Source: an uncultured Verrucomicrobiae bacterium
GTDB taxonomy: Bacteria > Verrucomicrobiota > Verrucomicrobiia > Chthoniobacterales > Terrimicrobiaceae
Reading direction: 5' to 3'
Length of the DNA: 64,000 bases
Assembly (NCBI GenBank): GCA_963706955.1
Contig: CAVPOC010000002.1
Coordinates: 96,001 to 160,000 of the forward strand
Under the pieces are notes generated by a model. It was not told the DNA's origin. It did no database searches and saw only the letters and a list, made by a program, of their open reading frames with translations. The stretch's first letter is position 1. Each line of letters starts with the position of its first letter. Shown here piece after piece: positions 61,552 through 64,000 of the stretch. Made by a program: the position numbers and the translations under genes.

Positions 61552-61917
61552 ATGCCGAAGATCATCGAAGCACCGGCTCGCATTGAAGCCCACGGCCAAC
61601 CACCCAAGGTCATCGAGGAGTTTGTTGGCAGAGTCAACTCCGCAACTGAAGCGGTGAGTGTCGCGCGCATGGTTAGTCCATCGGGTTGGAGTGAGCCGGG
61701 ACAGACACCAGAATTTGACGAGGTCACCGTCGTTCTCCGCGGAGAGCTCCAGGTAGAGAGCAACGCAGGTGTTCATCAAATTCCCGCAGGGCAAGCGATT
61801 ATCGTCAGGCGTGGCGAGTGGGTGCGCTATAGCACACCGTCACCGGAAGGGGCTGAATACATCGCGGTTTGCATGCCGGCCTTCTCTCCGACGATCGTGC
61901 ACCGCGATTCGGACTGA
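61552..61917 (+). CDS. Cupin domain protein
   Basis: IEEFVGRVNS...SPSGWSEPGQTPEFDE.TVVLRG...GEWVRYSTP. Confidence 0.88.
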   Translation: MPKIIEAPARIEAHGQPPKVIEEFVGRVNSATEAVSVARMVSPSGWSEPGQTPEFDEVTVVLRGELQVESNAGVHQIPAGQAIIVRRGEWVRYSTPSPEGAEYIAVCMPAFSPTIVHRDSD

Positions 61918-61926
61918 GGTTTATCG

Positions 61927-62008
61927 TGTAGCGACGGTGTCCCCGCCAGGGCGCGCCTAGGTGGGCCCACCGTCGGAAGACCTCCCCTGTGACAACACGA
62001 TCGCTACA
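61927..62008. repeat. GTAG-type REP doublet, copy 3, with loop insertion
   Basis: TGTAGCGACGGTGTCCCC[insert]ACCGTCG followed by CGATCGCTACA. Confidence 0.7.
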
Positions 62009-62158
62009 AATGCTCTCACACTCTTCACTTGGATTGTAGTAAGTTCTCTGGAAATTTTCCCGACACCTCTACTTGGTATCCGCCCTTCGAACCTTAATCT
62101 TCGGCTTTGGGAACTCGTCGCGAGGCTCTTTCGCGGGCGAGTTAACCTGACTTGATCC

Positions 62159-63094
62159 GTGCGCAGCTTTCTCTACCTGACACTCCTCGGCATCTGTTAC
62201 TCCGTTTGCCAGGCGCAACCGATCTTCAAGGTCATCCCGCTTGGTGTGGAGGGTGGCAACGACGAAAGCAATCTATCGGCTTATGCCGTAGCGGTCAACG
62301 GGACGGACGCCTATGTCAGTCTCGACGCCGGGACGATCTACGACGGCATTGAACGGGCCGTGGCCGCTCAACTCCTCAGCGGAACCGTGTTGGAAGTATT
62401 GCGAAACAACATCAAAGGCTATTTGATTTCGCATCCTCACCTCGACCACATCGCAGGGCTTATTCTCAATTCGCCAGACGATTCACCCAAACCGATCTAC
62501 GGCTTGCCCTTCTGCCTCGAAGCAATCCAGGAGACCTATTTCAATTGGAAGAGCTGGCCCAACTTCGGCGATCGGGGAATAAAGCCCCTCAACAAATACC
62601 GCTATACGATCGTATCCGGACAGGAAGAGACACCGCTGGAGGGGACATCGATGTTCGTGCGAGCATTCCCGTTGAGCCACGCCAAACCTGGTCAGAGTAC
62701 TGCCTTCCTTATCCGACACGCCGAAAATTACCTTCTCTACTTGGGCGATACTGGAGCCGATACGATCGAGGGATCAGATCACCTCGAACGACTTTGGCAC
62801 GCCATTAGCCCGTTGATGACTGCCGGAAAAGTGAAGGCCATTTTTGTGGAAGTTTCATTTGCAAACGCCCGGCCCGACCAGCTCCTGTTTGGCCACCTCA
62901 CACCCCGCCTGCTCATGGATGAAATGAAAAGACTAAGTCAGCTTTCCGGTGACGGGCTGAAGAAGTGCCCGCTGGTAATAACGCACATCAAACCAGATAC
63001 GCCGAGCGACGAGATCAAAAGAGAGCTCGATCAACTAAACGAGCTTGGTCTCAAACTTATCTTTGCGGAGCAGGCAAAGCTGTTGGAATTCTAA
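62159..63094 (+). CDS. Class II 3',5'-cyclic nucleotide phosphodiesterase, exported
   Basis: Signal peptide; PLGVEGG.DE.NLSAY, LDAGT, ISHPHLDHIAGL, LGDTG, LFGHLTP and THIK. Confidence 0.9.
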   Translation: MRSFLYLTLLGICYSVCQAQPIFKVIPLGVEGGNDESNLSAYAVAVNGTDAYVSLDAGTIYDGIERAVAAQLLSGTVLEVLRNNIKGYLISHPHLDHIAGLILNSPDDSPKPIYGLPFCLEAIQETYFNWKSWPNFGDRGIKPLNKYRYTIVSGQEETPLEGTSMFVRAFPLSHAKPGQSTAFLIRHAENYLLYLGDTGADTIEGSDHLERLWHAISPLMTAGKVKAIFVEVSFANARPDQLLFGHLTPRLLMDEMKRLSQLSGDGLKKCPLVITHIKPDTPSDEIKRELDQLNELGLKLIFAEQAKLLEF

Positions 63095-63104
63095 GGCGGT
63101 CTAC

Positions 63105-63169
63105 TGTAGCGACGATGTCCCCATCGTCGTCGCAAACGAGCCCTCGACCGTGGGGACACGGTCTCTACA
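63105..63169. repeat. GTAG-type REP doublet, copy 4
   Basis: TGTAGCGACGATGTCCCCATCGTCG followed by CGACCGTGGGGACACGGTCTCTACA. Confidence 0.8.
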
Positions 63170-63188
63170 GTATTTCTCTGAAGAACAG

Positions 63189-64000
63189 GTGAGCGAGCTT
63201 CCCATTAGTTACCGCGACATTGTCGCCGCCCATGAACGCATCGTCGGCGTTGTGCACCGGACACCCATCCTGACCTCGAGGACAGTCGACGAAGCGGTCA
63301 ACGCGCGTGTGTTTTTTAAGTGCGAGAATTTCCAGCGGGCGGGGGCGTTCAAGTTCCGCGGAGCCTACAACGCGCTCGTCCAGCTCTCGCCCGAGCAGAG
63401 GGCTGCTGGGGTGGTTGCTTTTTCTTCCGGCAATCATGCCCAGGCGGTCGCCTTGGCGGCCAAACTTCTCGGGATCAAGTCCGTCATGGTGATGCCACGC
63501 GATGCGCCTGCGTCGAAGATGGCGGCCACGCGCGATTACGGTGCGGAGATCGTCCTCTACGACCGTTACCTCGAGGATCGCGAAGAGCTCGCCGGCCGGC
63601 TTTCCGACCAACATGGGCTGACCTTGATTCCGCCCTTCGATCACCCGCACGTAATGGCGGGTCAGGGCACGACAGCTAAGGAATTGTTTGAGGATACCGA
63701 GGGGTTGAATGTCGTTCTGGTGCCGCTGGGCGGAGGTGGATTGCTCTCCGGTTGCGCAGTGGCCGCCCGTGCCCTAAATCCGAAATGCGCGGTAATCGGA
63801 GTGGAACCAGAGGTTGGGAATGACGGCGAGCGTAGCTTCAAAACTGGTGCGATCGTCCATATCAATGTTCCGGAAACCATCGCCGACGGCGCGCAAACTC
63901 AGCATTTGGGAAGGCATACTTTTCCCGTGATTCGCGAGCTGGTGCACGACGTGGTCACCGTTTCCGACGCCGACTTGGTCGCGACGATGCGTTTTTTGGC
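63189..64000 (+). CDS. PLP-dependent Ser/Thr dehydratase (threo-3-hydroxyaspartate ammonia-lyase-like), partial
   Basis: Manual translation from GTG 63189: HRTPILTS...FKCENFQRAGAFKFRGAYN, FSSGNHAQ, AGQGT, LGGGGL, TIADGAQ; runs off the right edge. Confidence 0.92.
   Translation, partial: MSELPISYRDIVAAHERIVGVVHRTPILTSRTVDEAVNARVFFKCENFQRAGAFKFRGAYNALVQLSPEQRAAGVVAFSSGNHAQAVALAAKLLGIKSVMVMPRDAPASKMAATRDYGAEIVLYDRYLEDREELAGRLSDQHGLTLIPPFDHPHVMAGQGTTAKELFEDTEGLNVVLVPLGGGGLLSGCAVAARALNPKCAVIGVEPEVGNDGERSFKTGAIVHINVPETIADGAQTQHLGRHTFPVIRELVHDVVTVSDADLVATMRFL

Overview
This is a bacterial window with a PVC-like signature, probably Verrucomicrobiota, inferred from the double-length UvrA, the HU sequence and the attC/REP styles. 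It has four zones. (1) 1-13.3 kb is a decayed accessory island ending at a duplicated 3' half of tRNA-Thr (att site). It holds an aldo/keto reductase, a DRGH nuclease, an acyl-CoA synthetase plus TPP lyase pair, a broken LigD, an alpha/beta hydrolase and fragments of HupE, an integrase, DUF1254 and an ASCH cassette. (2) 13.5-28.6 kb carries signalling and transport genes followed by the most interesting locus. A LytS/LytTR pair and a small S8 peptidase precede a RiPP-like cluster: a Tat-type precursor with a WxxPxI motif and six His/Trp/Lys/Asp hexapeptide repeats, then PqqD/RRE, an HPr-kinase-like kinase and a nucleotidyltransferase, with no lasso cyclase or B2 protease. (3) 28.9-54.1 kb is mostly housekeeping: secA, UDG, GH38, malQ, HU, uvrA, 2-oxoacid oxidoreductase alpha/beta, SpmAB, an AEC transporter, an S41-like protein, purD and GH63. 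(4) 54.1-64 kb is a second variable zone with an integrase-less integron cassette cluster, a MITE, a deleted oxalate decarboxylase, an IS1182 with 4-bp target duplications, REP doublets, a class II cAMP phosphodiesterase and a Ser/Thr-type dehydratase. Many conserved genes carry single-base frameshifts, most likely long-read consensus errors. All calls come from reading motifs by eye; no database searches were run.
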